A stretch of DNA of 64,000 bases. It comes from Callorhinchus milii. Taxonomy: Eukaryota. Both the position numbers and the translations under genes were made by a program. Under the pieces are notes generated by a model. It saw only the letters and a program-made list of their open reading frames with translations, did no database searches and was not told where the DNA came from. Shown here one piece after another: positions 12,101 through 24,100 of this stretch. Each line of letters opens with the position of its first letter. Position 1 is the first letter of the stretch. The stretch is taken from contig NW_024704742.1 of assembly GCF_018977255.1 (NCBI RefSeq), forward strand, positions 85,748,001 to 85,812,000, in the 5' to 3' direction.

Positions 12101-15100
12101 GTGAAGATCATGGACTTTCATCGAGATGTGATTATCTCTATTTCCTTCAACACAGACGGTAGTCGCTTTGCCACGTCCTGCAAGGACAGGAAGCTGCGCA
12201 TCGTGGATGCTCACTCAGGGGTGGTTTTACAGGTAAAACACCAGCGCCCTCTTCCGATGGATCCTCACAGTGCGGGGTGACGACCTGGACACGAGTGGGG
12301 TTCAGTTTGCAAGACTCGCAAAGGATCTTTTTTTATTGTAGGATCACTTTTCTAGGGGTAATAATCCCTTCAAAAAAAAGTTAAATAATAACTGGGTCAC
12401 ACAATTCACGACTGTTTGTGGGACATTGCTGTGCGCAATTTGCTGCCGTGTTTCTTCCACAAAATATCCAGTTAATTCACTTTACAGTATATTCTGTGAA
12501 TCGCTTTGAGACTTCACAATGATGTGATAAGGCGCTTTATCAAATGCAAGGATTATTATTATGTGTAACTGGAGCAATTCTGCAGGTTGTCCAGATATCT
12601 GGGGTCAACCCTCTGCTTGGACCTCAATCTCCTGCCAAGATACTGGGAAATCCCAGTGTCTCAGTGCAGGATTCACTAGTTTCAAATCTTTATTGGGACT
12701 CTTGAAGACTTGAGCCTACAGCTGCTGATGTTTTCTCAATGTGGACTTGAATCATAGAATCATAGAATTGTACAACACAAAAAGAGGCCATTCGGCCCAT
12801 CGAATCTGTGCCGGCTCTTTGAATAGAGCAATTAATGTCAATCACATTCCCCAGCCCTTTCCCCATAACCCTGCAAACCCGTTCTCCTCAAATACCTGTC
12901 CACCACGTTTTTAAAAGTAGTTATCGAATTGGCCTCGACCACCCTTTCAGGCAAAGCATTCCAGATTCAAACAACTTACTGTGTGAAAAAATTTCTCCTC
13001 ACCTCCCCTCTGCTTCTTTTAGATACTATTTTGAATCTGTGACCTCGAGTCACCGATACACCCACCAGTGGAAATTTTTTTTCCCTTTCTAACCTATCAA
13101 ATCCCCTCATGATTTTGAAGACCTCTATTAGGTCTCCTCGTAACCTTCTCTGCTCCAATGAGAATAATCCTCGCCTCTCTAACCTTTCCTCATAATCAAG
13201 GTCCTCATTCCTGGTACCATCCTCGTAAATCTCCTCCGTACTCTTTCCAATGCCTTAACATCCTTACTATAATGTTGTGCCCAGAACTGGGCGCAGTATT
13301 CTAACTGAGGCCTAACCAGTGTTTTATGTAGGTTAACCATAACCTCCTGACTCTTGTACTCTCTGCCCCTATTTATAAAGCCTAGAATCCCATTTGCCCT
13401 TTTTACAGCCTTATCTACCTGTCCTGCCACCTTCAAGGATTCATTTACCTGCACCCCTAGGTCTCTCTGTTCTTTTACCATCCCTTAAGATTGTATTATC
13501 TAGCCTGTATTGCCTCCCCTCATTCTTTCTACCAAAATGCATTACTTCGCATTTCTCTACATTGAAACTCATCTGCCATGTGTCTGCCCATTTTACCATT
13601 TGAAAGTGAAGGGTAGCATTAGTCACTATAAACACCAGGCATGTTCTTTGCCAGGATTATGGAAATCTGTTGCTGATCCTGAGATGATTAATAATAGTGT
13701 TATAATAATATATTAGATGTAGTGCGTTACCATTTCACTGAGACGTCTCAAAGTGCTTCACAGAATATACTGTAAAAGTCTTTGCATTTGATATAGCATC
13801 TTATCACATCGTTGAAATGTCTAAATCACTTTTGTCTAAATCATAAGATTTGCAGTGTAGAGACTGTGCAATTAGTTTTGTAGGTAATGAACCCCCAAAT
13901 CCCACCTTGCCTTACCCTGTGAGGTCATATTGCTCTTAAATTTAACAAGATGCAGAATTGTGGAAATTTCTTAAATTCAGTCTTAATTTAGACAGTAGTT
14001 ATTTTTATAAAACTGTGGAAGACTGGCTATCAATGTAAGATTTTCAGAAATTTCCACAATTCGGCCATGTCTAAAATTTGAAAGCAAAATAGTCCCATAG
14101 GCAAAGACTACTGGGAATTTTTGGACCTGTGTTTTCTCTTGAGGTACATTTTATCAGCAGGGCACCCTGAGATTTGAATCCAAATATGTCTAAGATTCGA
14201 TGTTATGCAATGGTTAGAGAAAAGACCAAAGACAGGAGATTACTGTAACCATTTTAGAGGATTCACAATGTATAATAATAATTAATAGTAATAATAATCC
14301 TTAAATTTGATATAGCATGTCTCAGACATCGGCAGGAAGTCTCAAAGAGCTTTACATGATTTACTGCTTATTCTGTATGCACATCCGGCAGCTAATTTTG
14401 CACACAGCCATGAAGTGAGGGACCAATTTTATCTGGGGGATTGTTGGCTTGGCCCGGGAGAGGGAAGTTACCTTTTCTTTTCGAGTAGTGCCATGGGATC
14501 TTTACCATCCATCTGAACAGACAGACCGGACATCAGCTTAACATCTCATCCGAAGGAGATAAAACTTTTATCTGTGAATCTGTTTGGTTCTCTGGTCATT
14601 CACTAATATTTTTTCTAATGCGCAATATGTTATCCTGGTTCACAGGAATCCAGTTGCAAGTCCCACAAGGTTAATAAAGTCTTGTTCCTGGGCAACTTGA
14701 AGATGCTGTTGACCGTGGGCAGCTCCCGGTGGAACAACCGTCAGATCGCATTCTGGGATGAGGTAGGTGTGGGTTCCTTGCTTTCCTTCTATTAGGAGAT
14801 ATTTCTATGGCTTCTCGGCTATTTGTTGGAATCTCGGGAGGATGGGCCATTCCGGAAATTTAACAGGAGGTCACTGGATACAGCAAGCAAACCAAACCAG
14901 TGGCTGCCAGAAGGCTCCTCAAATCCACTGCAACCAGAAGATATTAGACAACAAAGGCACGTGTGTGCAGGTGTGCCACCGTATGTATAGCCAGTGTTTT
15001 GTATGGCAGCAAGTAATGTATTTTCACCTGTCTGCTTCATATCCCCAGCCCTACCCACCACACTATCAGTGGACGGGCTTTTAACCCTTCTACCCCCACT

Positions 15101-18100
15101 CTCTGAAACTCCATCCTGGACTCCCTTCGACTCGTACTCCCCCCACCCCCTCCCCCCACCATCTCTATCAAGGCCCGTCTCAAGACTTTCTACTTTGATC
15201 GCATCTTTGGTTATCTTTCCACACTCTTCCTCCCCCACCACACCTACAAACTCCTAACCGGCAACTGAAAAGTACCTTGGGACATCCTCCTTACGTGGAA
15301 GGTGCAATATAAATGTAAATTTGCAATCGTGTCAGAAGGGAAATCTAAATCAGCCCAGAAATGGCTTGGCCCCAAGAAAATAGATACAAAGACAAGGAAG
15401 AACAGGGCATAAAAAGGCCAGTAGCCCTCATCACGTCCACTCCAGGATAATCAGTCCAGCTTAAAACAATGTCATCCTCACCTCTTTCCTGACTCTAGCC
15501 ACTTGTTCCTTCCTAGACGGGTGGAAAACAGAGGAAAATAAATCTCACATCCAGTTATTAGGTGGAGAGGGCGGGGTGGAGGTTTACCTGGAAATTTCCG
15601 AGTTAGATGAGTGACCAGTGAGCTCCTGGAGAGGCTGAGCCAGCGCCCCACAAAAGCATTTCTTAATATCCCCTTGTGCTCTGCTACACATGTCATGGTG
15701 TAAGCAGCTCAGTGCATTAGCCTTGAGCAGAAACTTTCAGATTCAAGTAACTACTCTGAACTGTATCACTAGGTGGCAGTACAACCACAGCAGGAGGAAT
15801 CCATTGACAGCTTGTGTGTGTGAATAGGGAAGAGTGTGTTAAACCCACTGCCCCCAATCCACCCAGCCTTAGCCTGTAAGACATAGTGTTGCCTTTGGTG
15901 TAGAAAATACTTAAACTAATTTGGGAGGTGGTTTTCTGTAGTTCGTAACACAATCCGGCTTCCAAATTATGGATGGATTTTCCAAGCTTTGCTCTAGAGA
16001 GACCCGAACCCGGCTTGTCTGCGAATGAAATATCCACGGATCAGAATCCTACAGGTGGAAGAAATAGAGCTCCTTTTAATCAAAAACCTGCTCTGGCCAT
16101 TTCAGAGTAAGAAAATGTCAGATGGTTGACATTTTCTTTTGTATAGGTCTCCTGCCACAATTACACTGACAATAACATTGTGTGTGTGTGGTTGGGTAGG
16201 GGTTACAGTCCAGTGGGAGATGCTAAGTGCATGAATTCTGGGAGTTTCTCCTCACTGATGCTCATTTATTTTCTTGACTAACTCAGGAGGACCTGTCTGT
16301 GCCTTTATTGGAGGAGGATCTGGATGGCTCCTCGGGAGTGTTATTCCCATTCTACGACCCCGACACACACATGCTTTATTTGGCCGGAAAGGTAAGCACA
16401 GGGTTGCCGTCCACTGAGGAGAGTGCTGGGCTGGGCAGCGCTGGACTGGGCTGGGGTGGGCTATTTTATAGGTTGGACTCTTCTCCATTGAGGGTGAGTA
16501 CCGGGTGGGAGTGGGGGGTGAGGAGGAGGGAAGGAATGTAAATGTACCACTGTTGGAAATGCTGATTTTCCAACAGTGATATACATTTATTCAGCATCCT
16601 CCACAGAAAAAGATGTTCTCAACGCACTTTTGCAGAATGCGATTCATGCAAAATGAAGTGAATGTTGGTCTGGAGACAAATCTGAGCCCAGAGAAACAAC
16701 AGTGAGATGAGAAAGCAATTCATTTAACTTTGTGGTGGTGAAGTTGCATGATGACCCCAATACAATACACCTAAACTCCTGATATATCATCACCCCAAGA
16801 GCTCAGTGATTATATTCATGGCGACTTTGTGTGCATGAGTCCTCCAGAGCCATTAGGGGGTGCTGTGGCTGGGAGGGCCTACACCATCATACACTGTGCC
16901 TGTATAGAGCAAGCAGCTGTCAGTGTGACGGTGTAGCCCCCATGACTGTCAGGCTATTTGATAAAACTGGTTTAAGTTGAGAACAGTTTATGTATAGGCA
17001 AACGTGTCTAAAAAACATTTTGTTCATTTTCCCAACCTGAATCACTCAGACTTTAACAATCAGCCAGAACCTCACAGAGGGTAAGGTCTAGCGTTTGTAC
17101 TTACAGAGATCTTACCACAACAGTCAAAACAGCTGCCGCTGGCTGAGGGCAAGCATTTCCCATGCTAGGCAGCTCATCATGAAAGTTTACTGAGTGTCCC
17201 CAGCACTGAGCAGCACAGCTAAATTCATTCCGATGATTTATCTGATATTTCTACTTACTGGGATGTGTAGAATGTGGTAATGTATGTTATAAGAGTGATG
17301 AAACATAGAGGGGTCCCTTGTTCTCATTTTGCATTGGAAGTGGCCTAGATGTTGACAACAGGATGATATAGACCATGATATAAGCCAGGGTTTTATTATC
17401 AGGAGTTCACTGTAACAATGATAATCCCTACATCTGATATAGAGCTTTGCACATTGTGAAAATGTCTCAAAGGGCTTCACAAGATTTACTATAAAGTGCA
17501 GTGACTGTTTTATAGGCAAACACGGTAGCCAATTTGCACAAAGCAATGTCCCACAAACAGCCATGAAGCGAATGGCTAATTTTATCTGGAGGATTGTTGG
17601 TCAAGACAAGGGAAGAAATTTGCCTTTCTTTTGAATATTGCCATGGGATCTTTAATATCCACCTGAACAGGCAGATGGGACCTCGGTTTAACCTCTCATC
17701 CGAAGGACATCACATCCACAGTGCTTCTCCAGCATTGTATTGGAGTGTCAGCCTAGACTTTGAGTTCTAAATCCTGAAATGCAGCTTAAACCTACAACCT
17801 GAGGAATCCTGTAGCACTCACCCCGCAAGCGAGAGATCTGGGTTCAATTCCTAGCAAGGTGAAATGTTGGGCAAGTTTCCTTACTCCACATGCCTTTGTT
17901 TACCTAGCAGTAAGTTGGAGCCCAGTTATAAGTCGATTGGCAGATCACTTTTCCAGGGATAATAATCCTTCAAACAAAAGCAATAATAATTTGATCACTT
18001 AATCCACGACTGTCTGTGGGACACTGCTATGCACGATTGGCTGCCGTGTTTCGCCCATAAATATATAGTCAATTCCCTTTACTGTATATTCTGTGAAGCG

Positions 18101-21100
18101 CTTTGAGACATCTCAAGACGTGATAAGGCACTATATCAAATGCAGGGACTATTATTATTATTAACCTTCTGACTCAGAGGCAGGAGTGTTACCAGCTGAG
18201 CCAGGCTGACTAGTACAGCGTGCAGTAACAGACAGGGAAAACACCCAAATCACAAGACTGTGGTGTGACTTTAAAATATTAATTGAATTCTGTAAGATAG
18301 TCATTAAATTGGATCACTGGACTTGGAGTTAAAATTCACACTGTCTGGACGGTTGCCTAGTTTGGGGCCTTGAAAGACAATAAAGAAACCAAAGACAGGA
18401 AAACGAGAAAGAAATGAGACAAAGAAGATATTAAATAAAAACAGAAATCACTGGGAACTCGGAGCAGGTCAAGCAGCATCTATGAAGAGAGGAAAGTGAG
18501 TTAACCTTTCAGATTGATGACCTTTCGTCAGAACTGGGGGATATTGGAAGGGAGCAGATTATAAGGACAAGCAGAAAATGAGGGCGGGGAAAGAAAGACA
18601 AAAGAAAAATTTAGGTGAGAAATAAGAGATAATGAGATCAAAGGTGTTGATGGTTCAACACAAAAGAAGGCAATAGTGGGAGATTGTAGAAAGAAAAGAT
18701 GTGTCTGGGACCCAGAGGATGTATGAATGGTTATAGAAGAAGGGAGGAAGGAGGTAAGGTCGAGGGAAGATGGGAGCTGTGTTTAAGATTGGAAGTGGTT
18801 AAAATCAATGTTGAGGCCAGAGGACTGTAAGGTGCCTAGGAGGTAGATGAGGTGCTTTTCTTCGAGCTTGTGTTGTGCTTCATTGGAACAGCATAGGAGG
18901 CCATGGACAGAGAGGTCGGAGTGAGTGGGAAGGAGAATTAAAGTGGCAAGCGATTGGAAGCTCAGGGTTGCACTTGTGGATGGATCAGAGTTGTTCGGAA
19001 AAGTGATCACCCAATTGGCGTGTTTCTCCCCAATATAGAAGAGATCACATTGTGAACAGTGAATACAGTATACTACAATGGTGGAGATACATGTAAATCG
19101 CTGACTCACCCAGAAAGTGTTTGGGGCCCTGGACAGTGGTAGAGGAGGAGATGAACGGGCAGGCGTTCCATCTCCTGCACTGGCACAGGGTCGGGAGAGC
19201 AGGTGTTAGTGAAACAGGGAGTTGTGGAGGGAGTGGTCCCTTTGGAATGCTGAGAGGAAAACAAGAAAAATATGTTGCTCGCTTGCATTTCTGTTCAGAA
19301 AGCATTGACGTGCAGCTCAGTGAGTCTGCTTTCTATAACTACGGGTGGAGTGTGAATTTACTTTCCTCCTTGTTACACCCGCAGGGAGACGGCAACATTC
19401 GATACTATGAATTGAGCTCTGAGAAACCTTATCACAACTATCTCATGGATTTCCGCTCCTCGTTACCTCAGAAAGGAATGGGTAGGTTCCCAGCACTTGG
19501 CTTGTTGTAAAATATCCTGGGCTGTTTTCCCTTATAATGAAGAGCGGGTGATGCCGATGATATCGTGTGACTAGCTCTTACCTGTCATTGGCTTTTCTGT
19601 ATGCAAAAGAATCATCTTTTTAAAAAAATCCCATCTACTCTGTTTGTGAACATGTGTGTGTGGGTGGGATTCCATGTGCTGCATTGATGGCTCCTTGGAA
19701 AAACAGCACCGGGAATGATGCCTAAAATCTGGGAATAGGGCCTCCGGTAAAGTCCAGTCAGATTGAGTTTCCCACCGAGCATAGCATACAGATTGAAATT
19801 TTACATCACAAGGAGGTTTTTCCAGTGTCGAGGGAATATTCTTTCTCACTGTTATTTTTCCGACTCCCAATAGTCACACACATCACTGTGTGAAGTTACT
19901 GGGTTATTGTTAAGTTACTGGGTTTTATTTTTCTTCTGCTCTCGTTTCTTTGCCAATTTTGTCTCTTCCTCCATTAAATGTGTGTGTTTTCTGTTTCCTT
20001 CACATTGCTGCTTGTGACATGACAGGCACAACATGACTGGGATTACAGCACCACAGTACCTCACTTGAGTGGCCATTATCCATGCATGAGCCTTGACATT
20101 GAGTGTTGATGAAGTATTCAACTGTAAAGGGTGTCAAAGCCGAGCCTGATCCTGTTTCCAAATTGATGTTCACCGAAACACTCCACCCCCAACCCATATG
20201 CATGTACTTCAGAAGGAATATTTACATAGCAGCCAGGAGCAGGAATTTATCTGAGAGTTCTCTTCTTAACCCAAGTGACACTGAGGCAGATTGAAGCCCC
20301 TTCTCCTGCTTCATTTACAATCAACCAACTAAGCAGTGGTTTGAATCTGCATGTTGCCCATTCTGTACAACTCAGCCACTCAGTGGATTCCAGGGAGCCA
20401 TTGTTGGAGTGAGCTGGGCAAATTTTAAAGTTAAATTTATAATAATAATAATAATAATCCTTGCATTTGGTACAGCACCTTTCATATCAGGAGGATGTCT
20501 CAAAGCGCTTCACAGGATTTAGTGTAAAGTGTAGTGACTGTGTAATTACGAGACAAATATGGAATCCAATTTTCACAAATGTAAGGATTATTATTATTAA
20601 TGAAGTTAATAATGCCATACTGTATCTAAACCAGACTTGAACTAGCTTTATTTGGGATGGCAGCACACTGGGATATTGCATGTTAGTAGTCCTGAGTGCT
20701 AAGCAAGTATTGTGGAGTCCTGTAGCTCAGTGGTTAGACTACTCGCTTTGCAAGCGAGAGACCTGAGTTCAATTCCAGGCAGGGCGAAACCTTGGGCAAG
20801 TTTCCTTACTCCACACGCCTAATAATAATCCCTCCAAAACCAAAAACAATAATAAATTGGTCATTTTCAATCTACGACTGTTTGTGGGACATTGCTGTGC
20901 GCAATTGGCTGCCGCGTTCGCCCACAAATATACAGTCAATTCACTTTACAGTGTGTTCTGTGAAGCGCTTTGGAATGTCCTCCTGACGTGAAAAGCGCTA
21001 TATCAAATGCAAGGATTATTATTATTATTATTGATTGATTGATTGATCTGATTGATGAGTTCAAATATTAGTTTGTCTCCCCTGGCCCCGACTCCCAGCT

Positions 21101-24100
21101 CGGGTCCGTAATTCTGTCTGTCCAACACATTGGAAAGTCCTCCCAACGTGAAACAAGTGTTAGCGTCCAGAGGGACTTGGGTGTCCTTGTACACCAAACA
21201 CAGAAAGTTAGTCTGCAGGTGCAACAAGCAATTAGGAAGGCGAACGGTATGTTAGCATTCATTTTGAAAGGATTAGAGTATAAGAGTAGGGAAGTCTTGC
21301 TGCAACTGAATAGGGCCCTGGTGAGACCACACTTGGAATACTGTGTCCAGTTTTGCTCTCCTCATTCAAGGAAGGATGTACTTGCCTTGGAGGGAGTGCA
21401 GTGTAGATTTACTAGGTTAGTACCAGGGATGAAGGGGTTAAGTTACGAGGACAGGCTGACCAATTTGGGCCTATATTCTCTAGAATATAGAAGAATTAGA
21501 GGTGATCTTATAGAAACCTAGAAGATCATCAAAGGGCATGAGAGTAGATAGTGGGAGATTGTTTCCCCGGTTGGAGAAACTAAAACCAGGGGTCACAACC
21601 TTAAAATCAGGGGACAACCCTTTCGCACTGAGTTGAGGAAGAACTTCTTCACTCAAAGGGTGGTGAATGTATGGAACTCACTACCTCAAAGGGCTGTTGA
21701 CGCTCAGTCCTTGAACATATTCAAGACTGAGATAGATAGATTTCTTATTGCAAAAGGTATTAAGCGATATGGGGATAAGGCAGGGTCAGGTTATTAGCTG
21801 GAGTTAGATTAGAAGATCAGCCATGATTGAATGGCGGGGCAGGCTCGAAGGGCCGAATGGCCTACTGCTGCTCCTACATGTTATGTTAAGTGTAATTTTG
21901 TTGTTGTTGTTATTTGACACAAATGGTCACAACCCACATAAGTCCAACTCCTGTGGGTCAAGCCCTGACTGATCAAGGCCCAGGGACCAGGAACAAGGCA
22001 ATGTGTTGTTGGGAGGCACTGAGTGCTGGATGGAAAACGTAATGAGAAATGTGGTTGTTTATTCATTGTGCAGCTGTAATGCCAAAGAGGGGCTTGGACG
22101 TCTCTGCCTGCGAAGTCTTCAGGTTCTACAAGCTGGTGACAATCAAGAGCCTTATTGAGCCTGTCTCAATGATTGTACCTCGACGGGTAAGAAAATTAAG
22201 TACAATTTCAAATTTAAAAAAAGTCTCCTTGTCCCAATGTTAGTGACCTTTGTGAAAATTCTTTCTCATCTTTTTACAGTGCAAGACAGTGCAGGGGTCT
22301 AATACGCAAGTTGAGTTAACAACCCAAGTGCAACTTTTACAGCTTGGGCTAACCATGTGCAAACGAATATAGATGCCCTTTATGGAGGCATTATCCTGCT
22401 GTCAGTTTCTTTGTTTAAATAACACATTTAAGGTCATCTGCACACGTGGGTTTGCCTGAGGTTAATGTAAACCGTAAATGTTACACACAGGTTGTCACTC
22501 GGGTGATCAGATTGCTGCCAACATCCCGCATTCCTTGCTTTGGGCAATCACAGAAAACGGGACGTACGTTAGCAGTAAACTGAGAGGGACGTTTTTTCTT
22601 TAAGTGCAGGAGCCAGTCAGTGGGCCACAGGGAACAAGTCAGCCAATTGCAGCCTTGTCGAACCCACTATCATGCCTCATTATAACACGGGTTGTGGTTT
22701 TATGGACCCTAAAACACCTTTCTATAATGGGGCTCCGTTAACATTTGTTTGGGGATACACGCGGTTTATCTAGAAAAATGTGGCCTATTTTCCCCCACAA
22801 AATATTCAGTGCTAATAATAATAATCCTTTTGCATAATGTTGTGTAGAATAAGAAAAGCTCTGTGACTGGACATGTAATGCAGAGCCTTACTGTGAGGTG
22901 ACAATGTCTTTCAGTCTGATTCCTACCAGGACGATATCTACCCAATGACGTCGGGGGCAGAGCCAGCGCTGACTGCGCAAGAATGGCTGAATGGCATTAA
23001 TAGAGGTCAGTTCTCAATGTGCTTCACTGGATTGGCCGGGACAGCTCGGCTCCGAGCAATTCTTGTGTAGAAGCTGAAGTCTCGTGACTTGACAGCTTGG
23101 CTCGTGTCAGCCTGGCTCACTCTCGCCTCTGAGTCAGAAGGTTGTGGGTTCAAGCACCACGTCAGAACTTGGAATCACATCGTCTAAGCTAACAGTGCCT
23201 TATAATAACAGGAAAATAGCTTCCAATAGCTCAATTTCCAATAGCTCAACTATTAAATATTAAGTAGATCACAAGACTGTTTGGGATGAAGAAGGCCTTT
23301 TGGCCTATCCAATCTCATCCTACTCATCCCCCCCATCACAAGATCAACTGGCTTTTTAAATGAGCCCAGTCTCCTAGTGTAGTCTAGTTAGGCAAAGTAT
23401 CACTGAAGGTTTAACTCAAAGTCCAAACCATCATTTAAATCACCTGTTTCAGAAGCACAACGTTGTTGTTTATTTATTTTACATTTGTCATTCAGTGAGT
23501 TCCATCACATTGAGAAGAGCGACACAGGCAAGATCTAGAATCTAGACTCACAACGGTATAATATAATGTTGCGCACCTCCTGGGTATTGTGGATTGATCT
23601 GCAGCCACAGTCTTCTGTGAACTGTCAGCAGAAGGTGTCATTGAAGGGGGACAGTATATTGTGTGTGTTTATCGAGTGCTACTCCTTTGATTGAGTGCTC
23701 TCACCGGTTACCCACTTCAGATTTTGCCGGATTTTGGGATTCACAGTTGCCCGTTTTCCAAATGTCTTAAATCAAACCATTTCCAATGTTTGCAACCTGG
23801 AAAAATCGCAATTAATAATCTTTACATCTGATGCAGAATCTTTCACCTTGGGAGGACATCTCAAAGCGCTTCACAAGATTTACTGTGCTCTGCAGCCACT
23901 CTATATGTAGGCAAATGCAACAGCCAATATGCGCACAGCAATGTCCCACAAACAGTGTGCTTTTCGATTAATTTTTACTTGTTCATGTCTCTTTCATTTT
24001 CACTGTTCCAGGTCCCATCTTAATATCCTTGAAGCCAGGTTGTAACATAATGCATCTCTCGTCTCTGAAAGCTGGGTACAATACGATGACCCAGTATGAT

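Noticed and set aside
20714..20786. tRNA-Ala(UGC) gene (and similar heads elsewhere)
   Set aside because: The T-arm and acceptor stem are imperfect, and the head is always fused to the same SINE body and tail, so these are SINE heads.
22074..22076. Gly>Ala at the split codon in QKGM-A-VMPKRG of CORO2A
   Set aside because: The frame is preserved, the change is conservative, and I recall Ala at this position in fungal coronin. It is not evidence of pseudogenisation.
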